NCBI GenBank assembly: GCA_012862495.1 | Contig: BLSG01000349.1 | Coordinates: forward strand, 25,586-59,799 | Reading direction: 5' to 3' | DNA from: Thraustochytrium aureum | Taxonomy: Eukaryota | Length of the DNA stretch: 34,214 bases | Shown: positions 11,034 through 22,777 of the stretch, one piece after another | Numbering within the stretch: position 1 is the stretch's first letter | How the letters are laid out: each line of letters opens with the position of its first letter | Translations under genes and position numbers: made by a program | Notes under the pieces: generated by a model | What the model was told of the DNA's origin: nothing | What the model saw: only the letters and a program-made list of their open reading frames with translations | The model's database searches: none

Positions 11034-11784
11034 ATACCGGTTCAACTTGACTCCAAGATTTCTGGCAAGCGCGTGGCTCGCCTCCAGTCGACATGCCCAG
11101 CCCCTTGCCTGCCAAGAACAGGATCGGGGTGGAACTTGAGGCCGCGCTCGAGGTCCACCTTGTTGAGACCGCGCAGTCGGCCATGGAGAACTCGAGCGAG
11201 CACTGTGCCTGGAAACGCCACTCCAGAGCTCGACGTTGTGCGTTCTCTCTACGCTGGCACTCTGCCACGGCGGCTTGAGCGCAGGTGCTCGAGCACCGAG
11301 CGAGATCGATCAATCACTGTGGTACCTCTAGCTAGGTGGCCATATATAGAGGGTTTAAAGTAATAGCGGAAGAAGTGTCCGTTCGCATTTGTTTTGGCGT
11401 ATGAACGGATTGGCGCAGTCAGCCAGCCACTCGCGCTCGCTGCGCGCGCACGCGAATCGTGCGCAGGGCACCGCAGCCGAGCGCCTCCAGAGGTCCTACG
11501 CGCGCTGGAGTCCATCTTTGCCACACTCGCAAGCGCTGGCCTTTTGAAGAGCCCTGCGGAGCTCGCGCAAGTCCAAATACGTGCGTGGTGCAGCCAGTAA
11601 CGGTGGAGGCGGCCTCGTCGCCGCTCGGGCAGCGCACGTGCAGCGCGGCGTCAAAGCGCGCGCTGGGCTGCGCGCGGCTACTCGCATAGGCGGCTGCTGG
11701 CGTGTGGATAGTTTGTGGCGGTCCCCGCTGCCTTTTCGAGGGCCTTGACGGTGGCACCGTCCGAAGGGCGCGTGTCTTGACGCG

Positions 11785-14700
11785 ATGGCGCCGACAGCCG
11801 AGATGCAGCTGAGAATGAGCAAGAAGATTGCTCAGCTCACCAAAGTGATCTACCACCTCAACACGAAGAACGAGGACAACGAGTCCACGATCAAGGCCAT
11901 GACGGACCAGCACGAGAAGGAAATCGACGGCGTCTTGCAGGACGCGTCGGCCAAGATCCGCCGGTTCAAAGACGAGCTGGAGAAGCGCAAAGAAGAGCGC
12001 GCGGCGCCAGAAGCAATCTCGCAACTGCAAGAGATGCACGAAGAAGAAAAGAAAAAGCCTTTCGGGAATTCGCCGCCTTCAAAAACAAGGCCACCGCGAA
12101 GGAGGAGCAGCTACGGGCCGAGTTCAAGTCGCGCGTCAAGGGCATGCAGCGGGAGCTCGACGACGCAAAGAAGGCCCTGCAGTCTCGTATTGACAAGATG
12201 GATGCCAAGGCCAGCCAGCTCAGCAAGGAGAGCGGCAAGACCGACAAAGTGGTGGCCAAGCTGAAGAAGGCCCACGAAAAGGAACTCGCAGAGCGCGAGC
12301 AAGAGGCCGTGCAGCGCTTCAACGCCGTGGTTGAAGAGCGCACAAGGACCGAGCAACTCTTGCACGAGCAAATCGCGAGGCTTGAACAAGAGCAAACGAT
12401 GGCGCTCGAGAGGCTCATGGACGAGCACCGCGGGTCGATTCTCGCGCTCGAGGACCGGGCCAAGGCAGAGAAGGCCGAAGCACTACAAGCGGCAGCCGAA
12501 AGGTCGCGCGGAGAACTTGGCACGACNNNNNNNNNNNNNNNNNNNNNNNNNNNNNNNNNNNNNNNNNNNNNNNNNNNNNNNNNNNNNNNNNNNNNNNNNN
12601 NNNNNNNNNNNNNNNNNNNNNNNNNNNNNNNNNNNNNNNNNNNNNNNNNNNNNNNNNNNNNNNNNNNNNNNNNNNNNNNNNNNNNNNNNNNNNNNNNNNN
12701 NNNNNNNNNNNNNNNNNNNNNNNNNNNNNNNNNNNNNNNNNNNNNNNNNNNNNNNNNNNNNNNNNNNNNNNNNNNNNNNNNNNNNNNNNNNNNNNNNNNN
12801 NNNNNNNNNNNNNNNNNNNNNNNNNNNNNNNNNNNNNNNNNNNNNNNNNNNNNNNNNNNNNNNNNNNNNNNNNNNNNNNNNNNNNNNNNNNNNNNNNNNN
12901 NNNNNNNNNNNNNNNNNNNNNNNNNNNNNNNNNNNNNNNNNNNNNNNNNNNNNNNNNNNNNNNNNNNNNNNNNNNNNNNNNNNNNNNNNNNNNNNNNNNN
13001 NNNNNNNNNNNNNNNNNNNNNNNNNNNNNNNNNNNNNNNNNNNNNNNNNNNNNNNNNNNNNNNNNNNNNNNNNNNNNNNNNNNNNNNNNNNNNNNNNNNN
13101 NNNNNNNNNNNNNNNNNNNNNNNNNNNNNNNNNNNNNNNNNNNNNNNNNNNNNNNNNNNNNNNNNNNNNNNNNNNNNNNNNNNNNNNNNNNNNNNNNNNN
13201 NNNNNNNNNNNNNNNNNNNNNNNNNNNNNNNNNNNNNNNNNNNNNNNNNNNNNNNNNNNNNNNNNNNNNNNNNNNNNNNNNNNNNNNNNNNNNNNNNNNN
13301 NNNNNNNNNNNNNNNNNNNNNNNNNNNNNNNNNNNNNNNNNNNNNNNNNNNNNNNNNNNNNNNNNNNNNNNNNNNNNNNNNNNNNNNNNNNNNNNNNNNN
13401 NNNNNNNNNNNNNNNNNNNNNNNNNNNNNNNNNNNNNNNNNNNNNNNNNNNNNNNNNNNACCGAAGCGGAGCGGAGCGCGTTCTGGGCGCCGCTCGCGAT
13501 GAGGCCCGGCGCGAGCTGGAGCGCACTATCGCCGACTGGGAGCGAAAGCTGGCCGTCGAGCAAGCAAGCCACACCCAGAAAAGTCGCAGACCATCCGCGA
13601 CATGGAGGCCAGGCTCCGCGCAGCCACTATTGAGCTCGAACAGAACGGGGCCCAGCGCGTCAAGGAGCTGCAGGCTCGGCTGGAAGAGGCGGAAGGCAAG
13701 GTGCAGTCGCAAATGTCGGCGAAAACAGCCGTAGAGAAGCAGCTCGCGGACGAGCTCTATGCCACGCGCGAACGCTGTCTGCGACAGCTCGAAGAGCGGT
13801 CGTCCGAGCACGAAGCCGCGCTTGCTCGCGCTCGCGAGCAGCACGAGCGCACTCTGGCCGTCGAGCGGGAGCAAAGCAAGTCGGAACTTGCAGCAGCGGT
13901 CGCCAGCGGTATCAAGGAGCGCGAGAGCGCGGTGCGCGCTGAGCAAGAGCAGGCGCATCGCGCGCTCGAGGCGCTCCGCAGTCAACTATTCTCCGCCAAG
14001 GCCACCGAACTCGCTTCGATGCGCCGCGAGCTGACGACCAGTCATGACGCACTTCGAGCAGCTCTCGTGGCAGAAAACACTCGGGCTCTGGCTGACTTGC
14101 AGGACAAGCTCACGGCTGAGCGCGACAGGCTCCTCCGGGAGGCGGCCGGCAGGCATGCCGAGGCCGTGAACGAACTCACCGACCGCATCGCAGGACTGCA
14201 AGGTAGCATTCGTGAGCTGCAAGTAGCCAAGGCTGGCATGGAGCGCGCCCTCGAGGAAGTTGGGCGTGCTCACGCCGCGGAAGTGGAGCGGCTGCACAAG
14301 GACCGCGAGCGACTCGAGAGCTCGCACAGCGCGTCGATGAGCGAACTTCGGCAAGAGCATGAGAGCCGCGCGCGAGGCATGGAGGAGCGGCACAGGGAGG
14401 CCAGCACCGAATTGCAGCGCCAAGTGGACCAGCACCGTGCGGAAGCGGCGCGGTTTCAAGAGGATTTGCGCAAGACTGTTGCGTATTGGGAGCACAAGTA
14501 TGAGCACCGCGAGTCTCGCGAGGAGGACGTCGCGCAGCTTTCGAAGCTGTCTCGCAAGCTGGAGAGCGCCAAGGAAAAGGCGCGCCGCGCAGCGGAGGAG
14601 ATGGACTTTTACAAGCGCGAGCTCGTCAACCGCGAGCAGAGCTACAACAAGGTCTTCAACCGCAACCCAAACGTGGGCGTCATGCAAGTGATCAAGCAGC

Positions 14701-14984
14701 CAGCAGCGCAGGCCGCGGTGCGGGTGGAGCCGGAGGCGCGCTTTCAGCCCGCCCCGCCCTCCGAGAAGAAGAAGAAGAAGAAGAAAGACAAGGAGAAGCG
14801 GCGCAGGGAGAACGGGGATCTCGAGTTTCCTCCGTTGGGCGGCAACAATTCTCGCCAAGGATTTTACGAGGGCGAAGCCTGGGCCCGGCCAGATGTTGAC
14901 GACGAGGACACTCGGTCTGTGATCATCGAGCGCCCCAAGCACCATGCAGGGGTGAACTATGGGCGTCGGTTAACCATTGAGTAG
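11785..14984 (+). CDS. FAM184: FAM184-family coiled-coil protein (two apparent frameshifts near 12055 and 13580, central gap)
   Basis: N-terminal MSKKIAQLTKVIYHLNTKNEDNESTIKAM and C-terminal FYKRELVNREQSYNKVFNRNPNVGV match the conserved FAM184A/B termini; heptad-rich middle; adding one A in each A-run restores one frame. Confidence 0.88.
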
Positions 14985-15252
14985 CTCGCCTTCGCAAGCG
15001 CGCCCTCGCAAGCTTTTTTTGCTGCGGCTCTCGAGTTGGGGACAACTTGGGAGTTGGTTTGTTGGCCCCTGTGTCCGAATTCGCGCGAGCGTGAACAAGC
15101 GCAGGGGAGCGCTGCCAAAGACCTTGAAGCTAAAGATCTAACCATAGAAGAATTGTATGATTTGCCCAAGTTCCAACGCGAACCAAACGGGGGGGTTTCG
15201 TTGAGTACAATCTACAAAACTACTCGAGCTTCCGGATCTGCGCCCGTCTCGC

Positions 15253-16353
15253 TCAGCGGTGGCTCCTGCCAAACCCCGAAAAGAAGCCCTCCCCGATGAC
15301 TGGCTCGTGCATCCTGCGCCGCTCCTCTTGCTCTTTTAGACGGCGCTGCTCAAGCTGCATGCGCTGCACGTCAAGCACGTTCTGCTCGGCCTTCCGACGA
15401 GCCTCTTGCTCCTCATAGCTCGCCATGTTGGCCATCTGCGCCATCCGCTCTTGCTGCAGAGCCCACGCTTCTTCCTCCTCACGCTCGCGTCGCTTGCGCT
15501 CCTCGTTCTCAATCATCTGGCGGCGTTGCTCATCGCGAATCGACTCGAGGCCGCGTGCGTCGAGTCCGCGATAGTGATCTGGCCGAAGTCTGTGCGGGCT
15601 TTGAGCGCTCGTCTGCGGCGCGTCGGCCCTGACAAAGGGCGAATCGATATTCTGCGCCTCGAGCTCCATGCGGAGCTTGCGCTCGAACGCGGTTTCGTCC
15701 TTGCGCTTTTTGGCCATGAACTCGTTGAACTCGCGCTGCTCCCTGAGTTTGTTGCGGCGCTGCGCGTTCATGTCGTCCTCGGCCTCTTGAGCCCGCCGAA
15801 GCTGCTCGCGCTCGAACTCTGCGTACTCTCGCGCCTCGCGCGCGGCCTCCTCTTCGCGGAGCCGGCGCTCCGCTTCTTGCTGCGCGACCCACTTGCGCAT
15901 CTGCTTTTGCTGCATCGCGCGGCGCGCGGCGCTGGTTTCGTCTTCCCCGTCAAGTTGCTGGGCGCTAGAAACCCCGATGTGCGTTTCCAACCGGTGGTAC
16001 TCTGCGAGCTCGCGCTGCTTTTCCTCGGCCTTGCGAGCGGCTTCGGCCTGCCACTCGTCGCGAATCGCTTGCTTTTGCGCGCGCGCTTTTTCCTGCGATT
16101 CGATCTCCAGCTCGCGCATCCTATGCTGCGTCGCCCGCATCCACTCTGCGTACCTTCGCTCGTCGTCGCGCTCATTCTCAAGGGCAGCGTGCTTATCCGC
16201 AACCTGCTGTGCCAGAGCCTGCTCGTCGCGGCCTGCGAGCCGAACATTCGGGTTGAGCAGCCTTTCGCGCAGCTTCGCATGCCTCTCGCGCGTGGCCTCG
16301 ATGCGCGCCGCCTCGCGCTCCTCCAAATCCGCGCCAATGCGTCTGTCCGTCAT
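15253..16353 (-). CDS. RIB43A: RIB43A-domain axonemal microtubule inner protein (RIBC1/RIBC2-like)
   Basis: ERLLNPNVRLAGRDEQALAQQV, GVSSAQQLDGED, PHRLRPDHYRGL and terminal FFSGFGRSHR correspond to RIB43A motifs (IFNAR.R.IG.D..AL..QV, S.Q.F.GED, PHR..PD.WKG, YF.QF.TS.R). Confidence 0.9.
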   Translation of the reverse strand: MTDRRIGADLEEREAARIEATRERHAKLRERLLNPNVRLAGRDEQALAQQVADKHAALENERDDERRYAEWMRATQHRMRELEIESQEKARAQKQAIRDEWQAEAARKAEEKQRELAEYHRLETHIGVSSAQQLDGEDETSAARRAMQQKQMRKWVAQQEAERRLREEEAAREAREYAEFEREQLRRAQEAEDDMNAQRRNKLREQREFNEFMAKKRKDETAFERKLRMELEAQNIDSPFVRADAPQTSAQSPHRLRPDHYRGLDARGLESIRDEQRRQMIENEERKRREREEEEAWALQQERMAQMANMASYEEQEARRKAEQNVLDVQRMQLEQRRLKEQEERRRMHEPVIGEGFFSGFGRSHR

Positions 16354-16593
16354 CTCCGCCTCGACTCGCTCGCGAGGGCCTGCGCCACGTTGACCTTGCC
16401 ACTGCGTTTGAGCGCCGCCCGCGGCACACCACAGTGCGTTTATCTCCGGCTGCCTGGCTCAACTGGGACGCGGCCTCCTCCTGCTCCTGGACTCTGCCGC
16501 CTGGAGGGGTCTGCTGTCTCGAGGACTCTGCTGTCTCGAGTCTGCCGAGGATGTGGTGCTCGAGCTCGCGGGGTTGGGTGCGTGGAGTCTACT

Positions 16594-16736
16594 TGGATGC
16601 CGGGTGGATGCCCGGGTGGATGCCCGGGTGGATGGATGCCTGGATGCCTGGATGCCTGGATGGATCGATGCCTGGATCGATGCCTGGATGCCTGGATGGA
16701 TGCCTGGATGCCTGGATGGATGGATAGTGGATGCCT
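16594..16736. repeat. Compound GGATGCCT / GGAT / GGATGCCCGGGT minisatellite
   Basis: Many GGAT(GCCT) units between the RPN2 stop and the RIB43A start. Confidence 0.9.
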
Positions 16737-17016
16737 CGCATGAAGGCGTTCGGCGTGGCTCGCGCAACGGCTCCGATGCCAAAGAGTGGGAAATGGCCGA
16801 AGGAAGTGCCCAGCCAACGGACAAGAGCACTGCTCGTTGTTCAAAACGCGGTCCTCAGGTTTGCTGGGCTTGGCGATGCCCGACCTTGGTGGCACGGCTG
16901 TCGACGGCACCAGGAGCGGCCTCGCTTGAATAGCGAGTGTAAGAGCTCTTTGAGGATATAAAAGCGTTGGTTGTTTTTTTCGTTGTGATATCCGGCCCTC
17001 GGTCTGCAGATAGCGC

Positions 17017-19932
17017 TCACGGCTCGGTCCACTCGAACGGCTCGGGCGGCGTCATGTCCTCATCGTCGTCGTCGTCGTTGCGAGCCGTACCCGAGCTCGA
17101 TACCGCGGTTGAGGAGGCCGTGGGCGGTACGGCGACCTTGACGACGTCCTCGGGCTCGTCCGGCGCAGTGTCGGCGAGCACGACGATGCCCGTCTTGTGC
17201 GAGGCGTCCCTGTACACGGCGTGTAGCGCTGCGAGCCGTCCGTCTTGAAGCGAATAACTTTCGACTGGAGGCGCGTGACCCGCATCGGGTTGCTGAGCTT
17301 GGTAATAGGCCCCTCGTCCTCCGGCTTGTCCTCTTCCTGCTCGGCGTCGGGTTTCTCGTCGGCCTTGTCCTCCTCCATGGCGCTCGAGTCCTTCTTTTTG
17401 AGAGCCTCTCTCGCGCGCGCCTTGGCCGTCATGGAGAGCACGGCAGTTTCGACGCGCTTTTGCTTCTTCTCCTTCTTCTCGGTCATCGGCTTGGGGTAGT
17501 CGAAGGCCTTGAGGTCGGCCTCACAGTCGACCTCGAAGCTGACGGGCAAGTCAAGCTGAGCGTTGACTCCGATGAGCGCCGTGGGCGCGAACGAGAGCGA
17601 GAGCATGTGCATCATCGGATACCAGTACCAATACTGCGCCCAAAGCACCATGCCGCAAACAGCGGGTGGCTTGGGAAAGCCGCCGCGCGACATGAGCTCG
17701 ATCGTGACATTGCGACCGCCGGCGTCGATGATGCCCGTGCCGAGGATGGCCCCCATGCGCGTCATGGTTGGCGAGTGCTTCACGTCGACGATGATCTCCG
17801 ACAACTTTTTGCGCAGACTGGCGGCGCGGGGGGACGCCTCCGGGTTTTGCTGCATCAAGAGCATCGAGCAGGCGATGAGCGCGCCCTGGCGCACAAAGTC
17901 GACCTTGTCCTCCTTGAGATGCTCGAGGAGCTGGAGCGCCTCGGAGGGGTCTTCCATGTGCGAGCAGCCGATCGCGAGCGCCATGCAGGCCCCATAGCGC
18001 ACGTGCGGGTTGTACGACTCGGAGAGGAGCGCGATGAGCTCGGGCAGCCGCTCGGGCACGTTGATGATAACAAAGCCCAGCGAGGTGACTGCAGCGCGGC
18101 GCACGTCGTTGTTGACGTCAGAGACGGCGACGTGCAGCAGGCGGCGAATCGCGGCGTTGTTGGCCGTCCCGGCATAAGCCATGCCGATCGTGTACATGCC
18201 GCCGTAGCGAATGAGAGCATCCTTGTCGCGGCAGAGCTGCTCGATGAGCGTGTCAGCGGCCTCTTCCTGGCCAAACATGATCATCGAGATCGCGAGGCCG
18301 AGGCCGCGCGTGATTTTCTCGTGGTTCGTGTCCTTGCTGTACGAGAGCATGTCTTCGATGACAGAGGCGTACTTGGTCCCGCCCCCGCCGAGCATGACCA
18401 TGCCCATCGCGAGCGCGGCGGCCTCGCCGGCGACCGCGTTGTCGTTGTAGACGATGTTTTGCAGCTTCTCGGCGAGGTCGGCGTCGCCAGAGCTCATGGC
18501 CACGAGCCCCGACGCCGAGGCAGGCCCCGTGCTGAAGCGCCTCGCGCGCGTTCTCCGACTCTTGCAGCCCGGACGAGTCGAGGGCGCTCACGAGGTATTC
18601 GAGCGCCTTGGCGCCGTCGCTGCTGCTCGCGCCCTCGCAGGCGTGGATGAGCCCGAGCGCGTACAGGGCGCCGCCCTCCGAGTACGGGCTCTGTGAGGCG
18701 CCCGAGGTGAGGTCGGCGGGCAAGTACGGCTGCAAGACTTGCATGCTCGGCTTGACGTTGCCGCGGTGGATGACGCCCAGGCTGGCCGTCGCGCCAAACT
18801 TGGCCCAGTTGGTGGCGCGCTGCTGCCACTCGAGGTTCTCGCGCAGGAACGAGTCCACCGAGGTGCCGGCCTGCATGTAGCCGTGCGCCACGATGCTGGC
18901 GTTGTGCAGCACGCTGTTCTTGCGCCCCGTCTCGACCGACTGCTTGAGGTACTTGAGCGCCAGCGGGTCGGTCTTGTTGTTGCGGTACAAAAAGTCCAGG
19001 TACATGGCCGTGCCGAGGCCCTCGCCCAGGATGTCGCGCAGCGTCGCAAGACGGCGCTCGCGGCCCTCCGGCAGCTTTTGGCGCTTGGCGGCGTCCTCGG
19101 CGCCCCCGGCACCGTCGCCCTCCCCACCTGGGCCGCTGGCCAGGGCGCTGAGCAGTCGGCCCACGAAGCGCTGGTCCTGCAGCTCGACCAGGTCGAAGGC
19201 GCACTGGAACGCGAGAAGCGAGCGGGCCTCGTCAGAGCTGGCCACAAGCTCCTCGAGGAGCGCGGCGTACTTTTCAACCTCGCCGAGGTAGTGGAGGCAG
19301 GTCGCGAGCTCGATGTAGTTGCAGCGCTCGCCCTGGCCTTCGTACAGGCGCACGAGCACGCCAAACACCTCGCGCCGGAACGCGCGGTTGCTCACCAGGG
19401 TGCGGCAAACGGCCATGCAGTGCGTCAGGAGCGCCGTGATCCCTTCCCCGGACCGCTTGAGCGTGTCCTCGACCTTGTCCAGCCTGTGCGCCTCCAGCGC
19501 GATCCCCAGCGCTTGCTCGAACGAGCCAATCGAGTAGCATGTCTCGAACATGCCCTCCACAATGGCCTCGAGCTTTGGGCTCACCTCGGCCTCCTCGCTC
19601 CGCAGGGCAATGTACTTGTCGATGCACTTGCCGACGATCGTGACCTCGTACTGCTGGGTCGAGCTCACGTCGAAGAAGCGGCCGGCCTCCAGCGCGAGCC
19701 GCAGCGCGTCGTCGTACTCCTCCAGGTGGTAAAAGCACCGGCTCGCCACGCTGGCGGCCAGCTCTTGATGCCGGCACGTCGCGTCCTCCGAGAGCGCCTC
19801 GATCAGCGGCAGCTGGTCGCTCACCTCCGCCCAGTGCTCATCCATCACATCGAGAAGCTTCTTCAGCGCATTCTCCTGCAGCTTGTCATCCTCCTCCTGC
19901 AGCTGCACTAGCAGCCCAGCCGCGCTGTACAT
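17017..19932 (-). CDS. PSMD1: 26S proteasome regulatory subunit RPN2/PSMD1 (two apparent frameshifts near 18508 and 17218)
   Basis: MYSAAGLLVQLQEEDDKLQ start, NWAKFGATASLGVIHRGN, YSEGGALYALGLIHA, HGACLG, LLHVAVSDVNNDVRRAAV, LLSESYNPHVRYG, IIDAGGRNVTI, QYWYWYP, C-terminal PPEPFEW. Confidence 0.97.
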
Positions 19933-20021
19933 CCCGCCGCCGCCACCGTCGAGGCACTCGGCCGTGCTTGCTTCTCGGAGCAGACGGTACTAAACAAACA
20001 CGCCCACACCCGCCACCAGCC

Positions 20022-20133
20022 CCACCTCCGCCACCAGCTCCACCTCCGCCACCCACACCTCCTGCTGCTCCTGCTGCTCCTGCTGCTCCTGCTGCTCCTG
20101 CGCCTGGTACTGGTACTGCTGCTGCTGCTGCTG
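20022..20133. repeat. CCACCTCCG and CTG/CTCCTG trinucleotide-derived repeats upstream of RPN2
   Basis: ccacctccgcca repeats followed by (cctgctgct)n and (ctg)n. Confidence 0.85.
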
Positions 20134-21131
20134 CGCGTGGGATTGGGCGCAGCGGCGGCGGTGATCTGTGTTCGCTCGCAACGGCGGCGCCGAACGCAGA
20201 GGAACGCCTCCAAGGCGTTTATCGAGGACATAGGTTCACGACTCGTCTGCCGTGCGGTATCACAAGAGGGTTTTTGGAGGTCAGTATGTGGGTACTCGCA
20301 ATTGGGTGACTTGGCTTTTGCTGAGGTGTNNNNNNNNNNNNNNNNNNNNNNNNNNNNNNNNNNNNNNNNNNNNNNNNNNNNNNNNNNNNNNNNNNNNNNN
20401 NNNNNNNNNNNNNNNNNNNNNNNNNNNNNNNNNNNNNNNNNNNNNNNNNNNNNNNNNNNNNNNNNNNNNNNNNNNNNNNNNNNNNNNNNNNNNNNNNNNN
20501 NNNNNNNNNNNNNNNNNNNNNNNNNNNNNNNNNNNNNNNNNNNNNNNNNNNNNNNNNNNNNNNNNNNNNNNNNNNNNNNNNNNNNNNNNNNNNNNNNNNN
20601 NNNNNNNNNNNNNNNNNNNNNNNNNNNNNNNNNNNNNNNNNNNNNNNNNNNNNNNNNNNNNNNNNNNNNNNNNNNNNNNNNNNNNNNNNNNNNNNNNNNN
20701 NNNNNNNNNNNNNNNNNNNNNNNNNNNNNNNNNNNNNNNNNNNNNNNNNNNNNNNNNNNNNNNNNNNNNNNNNNNNNNNNNNNNNNNNNNNNNNNNNNNN
20801 NNNNNNNNNNNNNNNNNNNNNNNNNNNNNNNNNNNNNNNNNNNNNNNNNNNNNNNNNNNNNNNNNNNNNNNNNNNNNNNNNNNNNNNNNNNNNNNNNNNN
20901 NNNNNNNNNNNNNNNNNNNNNNNNNNNNNNNNNNNNNNNNNNNNNNNNNNNNNNNNNNNNNNNNNNNNNNNNNNNNNNNNNNNNNNNNNNNNNNNNNNNN
21001 NNNNNNNNNNNNNNNNNNNNNNNNNNNNNNNNNNNNNNNNNNNNNNNNNNNNNNNNNNNNNNNNNNNNNNNNNNNNNNNNNNNNNNNNNNNNNNNNNNNN
21101 NNNNNNNNNNNNNNNNNNNNNNNNNNNNNNN

Positions 21132-22777
21132 CACCGCCTGGGCGACCTCCGCCACCAGATGGGCGACCTCGATCGCCGCCTGGCCTCCTGCGGTTCGGGT
21201 CCCCAGGGCGGCCACGGCCCGGCTCGCGGCTGCGGTCGCCACGAGCACGTGGATCGCGGCCCCCGTCGCCGGGGGCACGAGGCTCGCGGCTACGGTCGTC
21301 GCGACGGCGGGGCTCACGGCTGCGATCTCCGCGACCACGGTCTTCGCGGTCTCGGTCACCACGACCACGAGGAGGCTCGCGACTGCGGTCTTCACGACGG
21401 CGTGGGCTATTTTGCGCCCGCGTGTAGCGCGGGTTTGCGGAAACCGCTTGGTCCCGCGGCTTTGGAACACCTTGAGGCGGGTTGGCCGACCCGTAGGGGC
21501 GCGGGGCCACCGCGCGCGGTGGGGCCCCCGGCACAGGGCGGGCGTCTGCAGAGACTTGCGCTTTGTTGCGAGTAAGACTACGGCGCAGACTGTCGCGCAG
21601 CTTTTGCGTGATCGATGCGCGCTTGGGCGGCGAGAGCGCCAGGTTGCTGTTGAAGCCAGAGCGGCCGCCAGGCGTGGTTCCTGGTGCGGACACCGCGTAC
21701 GCCGCAACGGGCGCCATCCTCGGCGGGGGCGCAGGGATTGGCGCTGACTGGGCGCTCACACCATGCGACCGGTTCGGCCCAGGTGGGCCTCTCACGCCGT
21801 TGCTCTTAAGGGCCTCCTCTGGCGACCCCACGATGCGGGGGCGGTCTGGCGAGTAGCCCGAGTTCGAGCCGCCATACACAGACGACTGGGGCGCGTAGGA
21901 CGACAGGGGGGTGCCGAGTACATTGAGGCAGCTGGCCCTCCGTACTGGCTCGGGAGCGCGCTGTACTGACTTGGTGCCTGGCTGGCCATCTCAAAGCCGC
22001 TGGCTCCGGTCTGCCGGCTGCCGGGCTGGATGGTCCCCTTGCCAGCGCGTTTTCTTGGCGGCGGCGGCGGCGGGGTCCTGCCCTTCTTGTTCTTCTTCTG
22101 GAGTTCTTCTTCGTAAGCGTTTAGCTCTGCGTCGTAGCGCTTGTACTGTTCAATCTGGTCGTTATTGTAGCCGCGCTTGCGCAACTCGTCTGGCGTCAGG
22201 CCGCGGTCCGGTGCCTGCGTGGAGATGCCGACCTCCTCGAGGCACTGGATGATGAGGCCCGACATGGCTGGGTCGCGCAGCTCACTTGTTGTGAAGCCGG
22301 CCTCTTGCAAGAGCTGCTTCCAGCTTGCGGGCAGGCGGTCCAGGTTCACTGCGCCCCTCTCATCAAAGAACAGGCCGTCCAAGAGCGCCTCGGGCGACTT
22401 GGACTTGTTCGTGACGGCCGCGTAAAACTCTTTGGCGGTGCGCGTCGAGGCGAACCCGAACCCCACGTAGCCGTCCGAGGTCTCGTAGCGTGAAAGTTTT
22501 CGTACGCCTCGCGGTAGTTGATCCCCGGGTAGACCTCAAACTCGTACAGCGTGTTGAAGTTTTCCCTGTCAAACACCATGAAAAAGTGTTTGCCCGTCGC
22601 GTATTCCAGGACGAGGCAGAGCGCGCCCTCCACGTTGGCGTTGCGCCAGCTGCCCAGTTTGCGCTCGCCTTTCTTAAACTCTGCGACGTAGAGGCTAGCA
22701 ACCGCGCCAGACAGCGCCTCGCCGTCCCCGTTCAACTGCTTGTTGATCCGGGCGGTCTCCTCGCGCGTGACCGACAT
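21132..22777 (-). CDS. WASP-like protein: WH1/EVH1 domain, GBD C-terminal helices, polyproline, DRSREP repeats; 3' end in gap; frameshifts near 22488 and 21908
   Basis: AVASLYVA...SW...GALCLV...HFFMVFD...LYEFEVYPGINY...FH/AYETSDGYVGFGFA...AKEFYAAV (WH1); LDRLPASWKQLLQEAGFTTSELRDPAMSGLIIQCLEE (cf. WASP [35 protein letters not shown]); TPPPPPPR. Confidence 0.8.

Noticed and set aside
17017..19932. RPN2 as a pseudogene
   Set aside because: Full-length and strongly conserved with no in-frame decay; indels sit at base runs and similar ones affect neighbouring genes.
21132..21427. Plus-strand RS/SR-like reading (RSPRARGSR...)
   Set aside because: Antisense of the DRSREP repeats; the minus frame is continuous with the WASP-like gene.
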